From: an uncultured Actinomycetes bacterium | Lineage (GTDB): Bacteria > Actinomycetota > Thermoleophilia > UBA2241 | DNA length: 64,000 nt | Assembly: GCA_963767005.1 (NCBI GenBank) | Contig: CAVYCN010000004.1 | Coordinates: 224,001-288,000 of the forward strand | Direction of reading: 5' to 3' | Shown here: piece after piece, positions 38,412 through 47,854 of the stretch | Numbering within the stretch: position 1 is the first letter of the stretch | Layout of the letters: the number at the start of each line of letters is the position of its first letter | Made by a program: the position numbers and the translations under genes | The notes under the pieces: generated by a model | Databases searched by the model: none | The model's input: only the letters and a program-made list of their open reading frames with translations | Told to the model about the DNA's origin: nothing

Positions 38412-39581
38412 TTACGTCGCGGCCAGCAGCCGGGCCGCGACGCCGGCGATCGTCTGGATCCCGTACCCCTGACTGGGATCGCCGTTCGTGAACACCGCCA
38501 TCGAAAAGGTGCGCGGCCCCTTGCTCAGGCGTGCCACCTGGTGGACGAGCTGCCCGATGCTGGTGCCGCGCCAGCCGCCCTTGAACCAGACTTGCCAGCC
38601 GAGGGGTCGGGCTGTCGCGGGGATGCCCCAGCTCTGGTAGGACACGATGTGCGAGAGCAGGTAGAGCGCGAAGGCGCGATGGGCCTTGGGCACGAGTGAC
38701 GGCAGCCGGTAGAAGAAGCGTGCCTGGTCGGCGGCGGTGAGCTGCGCGCCGAAGAGCACCCCGGCGATGGAGAACCGGCTCATGCCGGCCGCCTTCGCGA
38801 GCGAGTACAGGCCGGCGTCGCCCACGACGCCGTAGACGGCTTCGGCCGCCGTGTTGTCGGACTCCTCGATCATGGGGGTCAGGGTGCTCACGGCCCACGA
38901 GCTCACGGTCGTGTGCGTGCGCAGGTACTCGACGAGGAGCATGGCCTTGATCACGCTGGCCGTCACGAACTGCTCGTTTTGGTGCCAGCCGCGCAGCGCG
39001 CCCGACGTGTCGACGACGGCGACCGCCGTCACCCCCGAGCGGCCTTTGAGCCAGGCGATGGCGCGGTCGATCGCGGCGGGCGAGGGGAAGGTGGCGTCGA
39101 CCGTCAGTCGGGCCGCGATTCGCCGCACCGCCGTGCGGCCGCGCGCGTCGGTGGCCGCGACGCTCCACGTGTAGACGCCCGGGGCGAGGTTGCAGCGGAA
39201 GGCGACGTGCTCGTCGGTGGCGTTGGGCACGGTGCCGGGGACGACCAGCGTCTTCACCGACCGGCCGGCGGCGGTGTGGACCGTGATCGTCGCTTGCGAG
39301 CGCCCGTAGGCGTCTTCGAGGCGGAAGGTCAGGGTCACCGTGGTGGCCCGCAGACACTCCACGTCGCCCCCTGCCACGGTGATGAAGGGCAGGTGGCTGA
39401 CGGGCAGGTGCACCTGCGGCGACGGCGAGGCCGCGGCCGGCGACGCGGCGGCGGCTGAAAGCGGCGTCGTGGCCGCGGCGCCCACGACCGTGGCTCCGCC
39501 CGTCAGGGCGACGACGATCGCGGCCGCCAGGGCCAGGGGACGAGCCCGGTGCCCTGACGCGTGGGGCGGAGTGGTGTCCAA
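38412..39581 (-). CDS. Secreted class A beta-lactamase-like serine hydrolase with N-terminal Ig-like domain
   Basis: ASVIK (SxxK), SDN, KGGW; signal peptide. Confidence 0.85.
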   Translation of the reverse strand: MDTTPPHASGHRARPLALAAAIVVALTGGATVVGAAATTPLSAAAASPAAASPSPQVHLPVSHLPFITVAGGDVECLRATTVTLTFRLEDAYGRSQATITVHTAAGRSVKTLVVPGTVPNATDEHVAFRCNLAPGVYTWSVAATDARGRTAVRRIAARLTVDATFPSPAAIDRAIAWLKGRSGVTAVAVVDTSGALRGWHQNEQFVTASVIKAMLLVEYLRTHTTVSSWAVSTLTPMIEESDNTAAEAVYGVVGDAGLYSLAKAAGMSRFSIAGVLFGAQLTAADQARFFYRLPSLVPKAHRAFALYLLSHIVSYQSWGIPATARPLGWQVWFKGGWRGTSIGQLVHQVARLSKGPRTFSMAVFTNGDPSQGYGIQTIAGVAARLLAAT

Positions 39582-39621
39582 GGTGGCCGGCCTCCTCGCG
39601 CGCTGAACGTGTTACGGACGT

Positions 39622-42315
39622 CTAGGGTACGACGAAACGCGCCTGGCTGCCCGCGCGCGTCGTTGTGACTTCGAGTCGCGCCTCGATCTGGTCGCGCAGG
39701 TCGGCGACGTGGGAGATGATGCCGACGAGACGTCCGCCCGTCTGCAGGCCGATGAGCGTGTCGAGGGCCGCGGCGAGGTTCTCGGGGTCGAGCGAGCCGA
39801 AGCCCTCGTCGACGAACACCGTGTCGAGCTTGATGCCGCCTTCGTGGCGCTGCACGACCTCGGCGAGGCCGAGGGCGAGCGCGAGCGAGGCCTGGAACGT
39901 CTCGCCGCCCGAGAGGGTCGACACCGGACGCTGGGCGCCGCTGTAGGCATCGACCACCTCGAGGTCGAGGCCAAGGGCCCGCCGCCGGTCGCCGTTCACG
40001 CGGCGCCGCAGCGTGAAGCGCCGGTCGGTCATGGCCGCCAGGCGGGCCGAAGCGACGACGAGGATGTCGTCGAGGTAGGCCGCCAGCATGTACCGCTGGA
40101 ACGACAGGCGCAGCTCGTTGTCGCCGCCGGCGACCTCGGCGAGGCGGCCCACGACGGCGTAGTCGTCGGCGTGCGCGCCGAGCTCGGCCTGCAGGCGGAT
40201 GAGGTCGTCGGCGGCGCGGGCCAGGGCGTCGCGCGCCGCGAGCAGCCCGGCCCGCCGGTCGCGCGCGGCGTCGGCCGCCGCCGCCGCGCGCTCGTGGCGC
40301 GCGGCGAGGTCGTCGAGGTCGGGACGCTCGAGGCCGTCTGCCGCCGCGGCGGCGCGCCGCAGGCGCGCCGCCGCGGCCTTGCCGTCGCTGTCGTACGCCG
40401 AGATCTCGTCGGCGAGGGCGGCCGTCTGGTGCGGCTCGCGGCGCGCCGCGAAGTAGGCGTCCTGGTCGGCGAAGCCGGCGGCGGCGATGCGCGCGAGACG
40501 GTCGGTTTCGAGGTCGTCGAGCGTCTTCTGCAAGGCAGCGTAGCCGCTCTGCTTTTCGGTGAGCGTGGCCGAGGCGGTGATGAGCGCCTCGGCCGTCGTG
40601 CGATCGGCGGTCGCCGCCGCGTCGGCCGCCGCGGCGAGGGCGGTGAGCTCGGTGCGGGCGGCGGCCAGGCGGCGGTCGAGCTCGGTCGGGTCGCGCAGGT
40701 CGGCGGGCACGTCGCGACCGCGCTCGGCGAGCACCGCGACCTTGGCGGCGTGGTCGGTGCGGGCGTCGTCGAGCGCCCGCTCGGCGGCGCTCGTCGCGAC
40801 GTCGGCCGCGGCGCGTGCGGCGTCGCAGTCGCGGCGGAGCTCGGCCACCGTAGCGCGCCCCGCCACGACGTCGCCCTCGCCGGGGATCTCGCCCTCGGCG
40901 CTCGCCGGTGCGGGGTGGTCGGTGGAGCCGCAGACCGGACACGGCGCGCCGGGGCGCAGCGCGCCGGCCAGCAGGGCGGCCTGCCCCCGCGACCAGGCGC
41001 TCTCGAGGACGTCGAGGTCTGCCGCCGCCTGGTCGGCGGCCCGCGCGGCCGCCGCCACGCGCCCGCGGCCGTCTGCCGCCGCCTGCTCGGCGGCGGCCGT
41101 GCGCGCCACCAGGGCCTCGGCGCCGGCGTCGGCTTGCGCCTGAGCGGCGGCGAGGCCGGTCGCCCGCTCAGCCACGGCCGTGAGCTCGCGGATGCGCTCG
41201 GCCAGCTCGCCGCGCAGCGGCTCGTGCGCGGTCGCGGCCTCGAGGGCGGCGGCCGCCCGCTCGCGGGCCACCGCGGCGGCCGCGAGGGTGTTCTCGGCGG
41301 CCTCGAGCTCGAGCAGGCGCGGCGTGAGGTCGTTGCGGCGGTCGTGGACGAGGCGGTCGAGGGGTCGCAACGGTTCGGCCAGGCGGGCGAGGTCGAGCTC
41401 GGCCCGCAGCTTCTGGACGTGGTCGGCCCGCGCGGCGTGGCCCGCGACTTCGGCACGGGCCGCGCCGCGCTCGTCGAGGCAGGCCACGACGGACCGCGCC
41501 TGCGTGAGCTCGGCGAGCGCGGCCTGCCCGGCGGCGGCGGCCAGGGTAGCCGCCTCGTCGGCTTCGGCGACCTGCTCGGCGAGCCGTGCCAGGCGCTCGC
41601 CGAGGTCGTCGACCGACGCGACGTCGGCCGTACGCAGCAGCGCGTCGACCTGCGCCCGGGTGTCCTGGGTGGCGCGCTCGATCGCCTGGGCCTCGGCTTT
41701 GAGAGCCTCTTGCACGCGCAGGTACCGTTCGGTGCGAAAGAGGCTCTGGAGGATGTCCTCGCGGTCTCTGCCGCTCGACTGGAGCAGCTCCTGGAACCTG
41801 CCCTGTGGCAGCATGACCACCTGGCGGAACTGCTCGCTGCGAAAGCCGAGGAGCTCGACCACGCGGGCGCTGACGTCGGAGGGCTTGGTCGCGAGCGGCC
41901 TGCCTTCGGCGTCGTGGTCGTTCGGCGGCGTGTCGGAGCGGTCCCACAGCGCGGCCGTCGGGTTCTCGACAGTGACGCCGTCGCCGCGGCGCTTGGGCCG
42001 CTCCTGCAGCGGGCTGCGCCGCACCCGGTAGCGCCGGTCGCCGACCGCGAAGTCGAAGTCGACTTGGGTGCGCAGCTCGGGGGTGGCGTGGTCGGAGCGC
42101 ATGTCGCGGCCCTGGCGGGCGCTGGGGTCGGTGGCGGCGCCGCTCGTGGTGTCGCCGTAGAGGGCGAAGACCATGGCGTCGAGGATGGTCGTCTTGCCGG
42201 CGCCGGTCGGGCCGTGGATGAGGAAGAAGCCGTGGCGGCCCAGGGTCGCGAAGTCGAGGACCTGACGGCCGGCGTAGGGCCCGAAGGCCTGCATGACGAG
42301 GAGCTCGGGCTTCAC
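39622..42315 (-). CDS. sbcC: SMC-family exonuclease subunit SbcC
   Basis: GPTGAGKT, MLPQGRF, zinc hook CPVCGS..HP, LSGGE, FVDEGFGSLD. Confidence 0.95.
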   Translation of the reverse strand: MKPELLVMQAFGPYAGRQVLDFATLGRHGFFLIHGPTGAGKTTILDAMVFALYGDTTSGAATDPSARQGRDMRSDHATPELRTQVDFDFAVGDRRYRVRRSPLQERPKRRGDGVTVENPTAALWDRSDTPPNDHDAEGRPLATKPSDVSARVVELLGFRSEQFRQVVMLPQGRFQELLQSSGRDREDILQSLFRTERYLRVQEALKAEAQAIERATQDTRAQVDALLRTADVASVDDLGERLARLAEQVAEADEAATLAAAAGQAALAELTQARSVVACLDERGAARAEVAGHAARADHVQKLRAELDLARLAEPLRPLDRLVHDRRNDLTPRLLELEAAENTLAAAAVARERAAAALEAATAHEPLRGELAERIRELTAVAERATGLAAAQAQADAGAEALVARTAAAEQAAADGRGRVAAAARAADQAAADLDVLESAWSRGQAALLAGALRPGAPCPVCGSTDHPAPASAEGEIPGEGDVVAGRATVAELRRDCDAARAAADVATSAAERALDDARTDHAAKVAVLAERGRDVPADLRDPTELDRRLAAARTELTALAAAADAAATADRTTAEALITASATLTEKQSGYAALQKTLDDLETDRLARIAAAGFADQDAYFAARREPHQTAALADEISAYDSDGKAAAARLRRAAAAADGLERPDLDDLAARHERAAAAADAARDRRAGLLAARDALARAADDLIRLQAELGAHADDYAVVGRLAEVAGGDNELRLSFQRYMLAAYLDDILVVASARLAAMTDRRFTLRRRVNGDRRRALGLDLEVVDAYSGAQRPVSTLSGGETFQASLALALGLAEVVQRHEGGIKLDTVFVDEGFGSLDPENLAAALDTLIGLQTGGRLVGIISHVADLRDQIEARLEVTTTRAGSQARFVVP

Positions 42316-42321
42316 GACCCG

Positions 42322-43569
42322 TCAGGCCTCGCGGTCGTCGCGCCGCAGGGCGGCGACGACCGCGTTCAGCCGGGCGCGCTGCGCGCTCGAGAGCGGCTCG
42401 TCGGTGACGAGCTCGAAGAAGTCGGCGAAGTGCTCGGCCTCGGTCTTGGCCGCGGGGTCGGCGCGGGCGCCCTCGCGCTCGCCCGACGGCAGCTCGCGGA
42501 CGAACTCGAGGTGCAGGCAGTTGGGGTAGGCCTGCTGGAGCCGTGCCATGGCGTTGAGGACCGCCCCGGGGTCTGTGAGGCGCGCGCAGACGTAGTCGTC
42601 GCGCGCCGCGTCGGCGGGCGCCTGCTCCAGGAGCTCGCCGAGGGTGCCCTGTAGCACACGCACGCGGCGGCGCGGGCGCAGCTCGACCTGCTCGACGGTG
42701 AGGCGCGCCAGGGCGGGCGGCGCGGCCACGGCCGCGCCGCCGCCCGTCGCGCCGGCCGCGGCGACGGCGTCGCGCACGCCCGCCGCGGCGGCGGGGGCGC
42801 TGCCGGGCGCGCCGATCTCGACGATGCTCACCGACTTGGTCTGCGCGGCCTCGTCGAACGAATAGGTGAGGAGCGAGCCGGCGTAGCGCACCGTGCCGCC
42901 GCCGGCCGTCTGAGGGCGGTGCAGGTGGCCGAGGGCGACGTAGTCGAAGCCGTCGAACAGCGCGGCCGGCACCGTGCCGGCGCCGCCCACGGTGAGGGGC
43001 CGCTCGGAGTCGCTCGTGTCGGCGCCGGCGACGAACGCGTGAGCCACAAGGACGCCGCGGCCGTCGTGCGACGCCGCCTCGCGGGCGCGCGCCAGGAGCG
43101 CGGCCATGGCCTGCTCGTGGGTCTGCACGTCGGGGTCGTGGAGCGCCGCGCGGACCTCGACGGGGTCGGCGTACGGGATCGCCTGCACGAGCACCAGGCC
43201 GTCGTCGTCGACGAGCGGCACCGACAGCGCGCCGGCCGCCGGCACGCCGCCGGCAACGTGCAGGCCCTCGGCCGCCAGCAGCTCGGCGCCGAAGCCGAGG
43301 CGGGTGGGGCTGTCGTGGTTGCCGGCGATCATGACGATGGGCACGCCGAGGCCGCGCACGATACGCTGCAGGACGTCGTTCAGAAGCTCGACGGCATCGG
43401 TGGGCGGGACGCCGCGGTCGTAGACGTCGCCGGCGATCAGCACGGCGGCCGGCCGGACGTCGGCGACGAGGTCGACGAACTGATCGAGGACGTAGCTCTG
43501 GTCGTCGGTGAGATGGACGGCGTGGAAGAGCCGTCCGAGATGCCAATCGGCAGTGTGGATGAACCTCAT
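42322..43569 (-). CDS. sbcD: Exonuclease subunit SbcD
   Basis: HTADWHLG, AGDVYD, GNHDS, ALGHLH, YAGS. Confidence 0.96.
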   Translation of the reverse strand: MRFIHTADWHLGRLFHAVHLTDDQSYVLDQFVDLVADVRPAAVLIAGDVYDRGVPPTDAVELLNDVLQRIVRGLGVPIVMIAGNHDSPTRLGFGAELLAAEGLHVAGGVPAAGALSVPLVDDDGLVLVQAIPYADPVEVRAALHDPDVQTHEQAMAALLARAREAASHDGRGVLVAHAFVAGADTSDSERPLTVGGAGTVPAALFDGFDYVALGHLHRPQTAGGGTVRYAGSLLTYSFDEAAQTKSVSIVEIGAPGSAPAAAAGVRDAVAAAGATGGGAAVAAPPALARLTVEQVELRPRRRVRVLQGTLGELLEQAPADAARDDYVCARLTDPGAVLNAMARLQQAYPNCLHLEFVRELPSGEREGARADPAAKTEAEHFADFFELVTDEPLSSAQRARLNAVVAALRRDDREA

Positions 43570-43687
43570 GCGTGCGCCCTCACCGGCGACCCTAGCACAG
43601 GGAGGGGACGGACCGCATGCGCCCGCGGGCCGGCCCCGCCGCGCGGCGGGGCCGGCCCGCGGGCAACGACTTCGCGAGGCGCAACGG

Positions 43688-44014
43688 CTAAGCGACGACC
43701 TCGCCTTCGTCGCCTTCGTCGCCGGCCGGCGGCTTGGTGGTGAACTGCGCCATGAGGCGCGCGACCTCGTCGTCGAGCGCGTTCAGCTCGTCCTGCGCGA
43801 GCCGCGCGCGGCGCACCGGCTCCTCGAGCTCAGGATGGGTCACGGCGCCCTGCTCGGCGAGGTAGAGCGTGACCTGGGCGAGCTGCGTCTCGGCGGCGTT
43901 CAGCTCGCGCTTGAGGCCGCGGCGCTTGAGTTGCGCCTGCGCGACCTTGCGCGCGAGCTGGGCGTTGTAGGTGACCGCGCTGGCCGCGTTGCTCGCGGCG
44001 TCCTTGGCTGTCAT
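43688..44014 (-). CDS. Hypothetical coiled-coil protein
   Basis: GGAGG RBS; amphipathic helical sequence. Confidence 0.6.
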   Translation of the reverse strand: MTAKDAASNAASAVTYNAQLARKVAQAQLKRRGLKRELNAAETQLAQVTLYLAEQGAVTHPELEEPVRRARLAQDELNALDDEVARLMAQFTTKPPAGDEGDEGEVVA

Positions 44015-44105
44015 GACGACCTCCCTCGTGCGCCTGCCTGGGGCGTGCCTGCGAGCGGCATGGTATCACCGCGGCAACGGAGGCGCGGCCGGCGCCGGAG
44101 CGGCG

Positions 44106-44831
44106 TCAGAGCGCCCCGCCGCGCGCCTTCTTGAGGCGTCGCAGGAACGGCCTGGTGAGGAAACTGTCGTCGCCGAACTGGCAGAGCTGCTCGAACAGCG
44201 GTCTGGTGGCCGTGAAGGCCATGAGGTCGGCCGGCAGCCAGTGCCGCATGGCGAGATCGGTCGAGCCGATCTGCGACTGCGGCACGTCGAGGTCATAGAA
44301 CGGGGCGAGCTGGCCGCAGCCCGACGAGAAGGCGGCGATCGTCGCGGGCGGGTCGCCGGGCGCGTTGCGGTACTGCGCCGCGAGCGTGAGCGCGGCGAGC
44401 TGGTCGGGCTTGACCCAGAGCGTCACGGTCTTCAGGTGCGCGTACTGGTCCGCCTTGAGCGGGCCGACCATCACGTGACCGTTGACCGGCGTGAAGTTCA
44501 CGCGCGCGTCGAGCCAGCGGCCCATGAGCTCCTCGGACGCCTTCAGTCCCTCGTCGATCGCGAGGAAGTGGATGAAGCCGGCGCGGTCCTCACGCTGCAC
44601 GCCGCACAGAGAGCCGCCCGCCCCGGGGCAGCCGAAGTTCTCGGCCGTGAGGTGGGCCGTCTTGCCGGCCTGCCAGTCGCGGAAGTGCGAGAACAGGCAC
44701 TCGCCGTGCGCGGCGCCCGGGCGCGGCGCTACGAGGGGCGCGAAGGCCTCGGGGTCGGGGGCGTCGTAGAGGCCGATGGGGGGCAAGGACACGTTGAGCG
44801 CGGCGAGCAGGTACGAGGGGTCGGGTTGCAC
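44106..44831 (-). CDS. DUF169 family protein
   Basis: PIGLY, FGCPGA, GPLK, PDQL, FSSGC, IGSTDLAMR. Confidence 0.7.
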   Translation of the reverse strand: MQPDPSYLLAALNVSLPPIGLYDAPDPEAFAPLVAPRPGAAHGECLFSHFRDWQAGKTAHLTAENFGCPGAGGSLCGVQREDRAGFIHFLAIDEGLKASEELMGRWLDARVNFTPVNGHVMVGPLKADQYAHLKTVTLWVKPDQLAALTLAAQYRNAPGDPPATIAAFSSGCGQLAPFYDLDVPQSQIGSTDLAMRHWLPADLMAFTATRPLFEQLCQFGDDSFLTRPFLRRLKKARGGAL

Positions 44832-44868
44832 GGTGCCTCCTTGTGCCGGTGATCGGCTACGTCATCAT

Positions 44869-44903
44869 CGCTCAGGCAGGCGTGACTCCGTTGCGCGCCT
44901 GGT
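44869..44903. repeat. Dispersed hairpin repeat copy
   Basis: cgctcaggcaggcgtgactccgttgcgcgcctggt. Confidence 0.7.
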
Positions 44904-44982
44904 GCCCGCGGTGCTTGATCGTTTCCCACCGTAGCACGCCCGGCGGCGGCCGGCATCTCGGCCCACGCGCCGGGCCCCGCCG

Positions 44983-45777
44983 CTATCGTCCGATGAGGTG
45001 CGGGACGACCGTGCCGAGCAGAAAGCCGCCGGCCGCCGACGCCAGGCCGACGGCGACGACCTCGAGGGCGCTGCGCACGATGCCCATGCGCGCCAGACGC
45101 CCCTTGACCGCGCCGATCAGCATCAGCACGGCGACCGTCAGGGCCACGGACAGGGCGAACGCCGAGCGCACCGGCAGGAACAGGTACGGGGCGAGCGGCA
45201 CGATCGACGCGGCCAGGTACGACACGCCCATGGAGAGCGAGTCGCCGAGGTGGCTCTCCTGGGGCTCGGCCGACAGGCCGAGCTCCTTTTCGACCATGGT
45301 GTTCGTCCACGACCGCCTGCTGGTCACGACCTTCTCGGCCACGACGCGGGCGTCCTCGGGCGACAGGCCCTCGCGCTCGAAGAGCAGCTCGATCTCGTAC
45401 TGCTCGATATCGGGGATGACGGCGATCTCCTCTTCTTCATCCCTGATCGCGGCGCGCTGCACCTGCGACTCGGACTTGCCCGACAGGTACTCGCCGGCGC
45501 CCATCGAGAGGGCGCCGGCGAAGGCCTCGGCGACGCCGGCCACGACGACGATGTGGCTGTTCGAGGTGCCGCCGGCCACGCCCGACACGACGCCGAGCGG
45601 CACGAGCAGGCCGTCCAGGCTGCCGAACATGAACTGGCGGATGCGGCCGCGCGCGGCGATACGCTCCCGCTCGGCGAACAGCTTGCTCGTGTCGAAGCTG
45701 CGGCGCTTCTCCTCGAGCTCGTCGAGCCGCGTCTGGGGCAGCTCCCCGGAGGGTCGGCTGTCGTCGGTCCCGGCCAT
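44983..45777 (-). CDS. VIT1/CCC1 iron/manganese transporter, leaderless
   Basis: FGSLDGL, AGALSMGAGEYLS, EKELG; TAGCAT 6 nt before ATG. Confidence 0.92.
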   Translation of the reverse strand: MAGTDDSRPSGELPQTRLDELEEKRRSFDTSKLFAERERIAARGRIRQFMFGSLDGLLVPLGVVSGVAGGTSNSHIVVVAGVAEAFAGALSMGAGEYLSGKSESQVQRAAIRDEEEEIAVIPDIEQYEIELLFEREGLSPEDARVVAEKVVTSRRSWTNTMVEKELGLSAEPQESHLGDSLSMGVSYLAASIVPLAPYLFLPVRSAFALSVALTVAVLMLIGAVKGRLARMGIVRSALEVVAVGLASAAGGFLLGTVVPHLIGR

Positions 45778-45848
45778 GCCTTCATGCTATCGGAAGCGGG
45801 CTTTCGGGTGGCTGGCTTCCGCCGCCCGTCGCCCGCGTCCTTACGCCT

Positions 45849-46289
45849 TCAGGCCGCTTTTCGTGCCCGCTTGCGCACCGGTACGACCACCACCGGCCGG
45901 GTGGTCATGTGAACGAGCCGGTAGGCGGTCGAGCCCAGCAGGATGCCGCTGATCTGGGACTCGCCATGCGTGCCCACCACGATCAGTTCGGCGCGACGCT
46001 CGACGGCCACCTTCAGCAGCCCGGCGGCGGCGCTGTCGTTGACCAGCACCGGCTCGACCGCCACCGCCGAGCCCGCGACGCGTGCGACGGCCTCGCGCAG
46101 CAGCGTGTCACCCTGCTCCTTGAGCTTGCTACGGGGGGTCAGGGGAGCCCCGGAGTAGGTGCGGGGACCGCCGTAGGCGTTGGCGACCACCACCTTGGCA
46201 GAGAGCCGCCCGGCCAGGTCGACGGCTTCGTCGAGTGCCGCTTGCGCCCCCGGCGAGCCGTCGTAACCGACCACTATCGTGAAGGCCAC
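45849..46289 (-). CDS. Universal stress protein
   Basis: IVVGYDGS, LIVVGTHG...LLGST, PVVVV. Confidence 0.93.
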   Translation of the reverse strand: MAFTIVVGYDGSPGAQAALDEAVDLAGRLSAKVVVANAYGGPRTYSGAPLTPRSKLKEQGDTLLREAVARVAGSAVAVEPVLVNDSAAAGLLKVAVERRAELIVVGTHGESQISGILLGSTAYRLVHMTTRPVVVVPVRKRARKAA

Positions 46290-46485
46290 GTCATCCTCCC
46301 AATCGTCGCCAGCCACTATGCCTTGAGTGGTTCCCGCCGGCGCCGGACGCCGAACGGTATCCGCCGTGAGCGGCGGCCTTCCGGCGGGCGCGCGCCGTTT
46401 CGCCGAGCCGGCCGCTGGCAAGAACTTCGTACGGATGCCGGCGTTGTCGATGGCGCGCCGCCGGTCGATGCCCAGGGGAGGCCAC

Positions 46486-47673
46486 TTGGCTCGTATCAAG
46501 ATCTACACCAAGGAATGGTGCCCGTACTGCCTGAAGGCAAAGGCGCTGTTGCGCGCCAAGGACGTCGCCTACGACGAGATCGACGTGACGAGCGACGAGG
46601 CGCGCCAGGCGGAGATGGTCGAACGCTCGGGCATGCGCAGCGTGCCGCAGATCTTTCTCGATGGCGAGAAGGTCGGCGGCTACGACGACCTCGCCCGTCT
46701 GAACGCCACCGGTGAGCTCGACCGCCGCCTCGGGCGCGGCGAGGCGGCGCCGCTGCGCGACGTCTACGACGTCGCCGTCCTCGGCGCCGGGCCCGCCGGC
46801 CTCACGGCGGCCATGTACGCGGCCCGCAAGAACCTGTCGACCATCGTGGTGGCGAACGATCTCGGCGGCCAGGTGGGGCTGACCGCCGACATCGCCAACT
46901 ACCCGGGCTTCGACCACGTGACTGGGCCCGACCTCGTCGACCGCTACTACGAGCAGGCGGCCAGGTACGGCATCACCGAGCTGATCGGCGAGCGGGCGGT
47001 CGGCCTCAGCGTCGACGGTCGGTGCAAGGTGATCGACCTCGAGAGCGGGCGCAGCGTGCGGGCCGCGACCCTGATCATCGCGACAGGGGTGCAGAAGCGC
47101 CGGCTCGACGTGCCGGGCGAGAAGCGTCTGACCGGCAAGGGCGTGGTCTACTGCTCGACCTGCGACGGCCCGCTCTTCAAGGGTGCGACGATCGCGGTGG
47201 TCGGCGCCGGCAACTCCGGCCTCGAGGCGGCCATCGAGATGGATGGCGTGGCGGCCAAGGTTTACCTGGTGACCGTCGGCGAGTGGACCGGCGACGCCAT
47301 ACTGAAGGACAAGGCGTCGGCCGCGCGCACGGTCGAGTCGCTGCGCTACCACGAGGTCGTCGAGATCCACGGCGACGACAAGGTCGAGGCGATCACCGTG
47401 CGCGACGTGCGCTCCGGCGAGAGCCGGCGCATCGCGCTCGACGGCGTCTTTGTCGAGGTCGGCCTGTTCCCCAACAGCGAGTTCGCCCTCGACCTGCTGC
47501 AGACCAACGTGGCCGGCGAGATCGAGGTCGACAAGCGCGGCGCCACCGGCGTGCGCGGCGTCTTCGCCGCCGGCGACGTCACCGACAACCGCGACAAGCA
47601 GATCGTGGTGGCGGCCGGCGAGGGCGCTCGCGCCGCGCTCGCGGCCTTCGAGTACCTCGTCAAGCAGCCCTAG
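46486..47673 (+). CDS. Glutaredoxin (CPYC) fused to thioredoxin reductase (CSTC), AhpF-like
   Basis: TTG start after GGAGG; WCPYC...SVPQIF...GGYDDL, then GAGPAG, YCSTCDG, GAGNSG, FAAGD. Confidence 0.9.
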   Translation: MARIKIYTKEWCPYCLKAKALLRAKDVAYDEIDVTSDEARQAEMVERSGMRSVPQIFLDGEKVGGYDDLARLNATGELDRRLGRGEAAPLRDVYDVAVLGAGPAGLTAAMYAARKNLSTIVVANDLGGQVGLTADIANYPGFDHVTGPDLVDRYYEQAARYGITELIGERAVGLSVDGRCKVIDLESGRSVRAATLIIATGVQKRRLDVPGEKRLTGKGVVYCSTCDGPLFKGATIAVVGAGNSGLEAAIEMDGVAAKVYLVTVGEWTGDAILKDKASAARTVESLRYHEVVEIHGDDKVEAITVRDVRSGESRRIALDGVFVEVGLFPNSEFALDLLQTNVAGEIEVDKRGATGVRGVFAAGDVTDNRDKQIVVAAGEGARAALAAFEYLVKQP

Positions 47674-47854
47674 ATTACGCAGACTGCATATTCGCGGCCC
47701 CCGTCTGCCCCTCCCGCCGTTACCTACAAGAGCGTAGGCTGCTGCCGACGTTACCCAGTAGACAGAATCACCGTTAGGTGGACAACCCCACGCGCTGCTG
47801 GTGCATCTGCCGCCGCCTCGGCTATCGTAGAGGGGTCGCAAGGAGGCGAGAATC

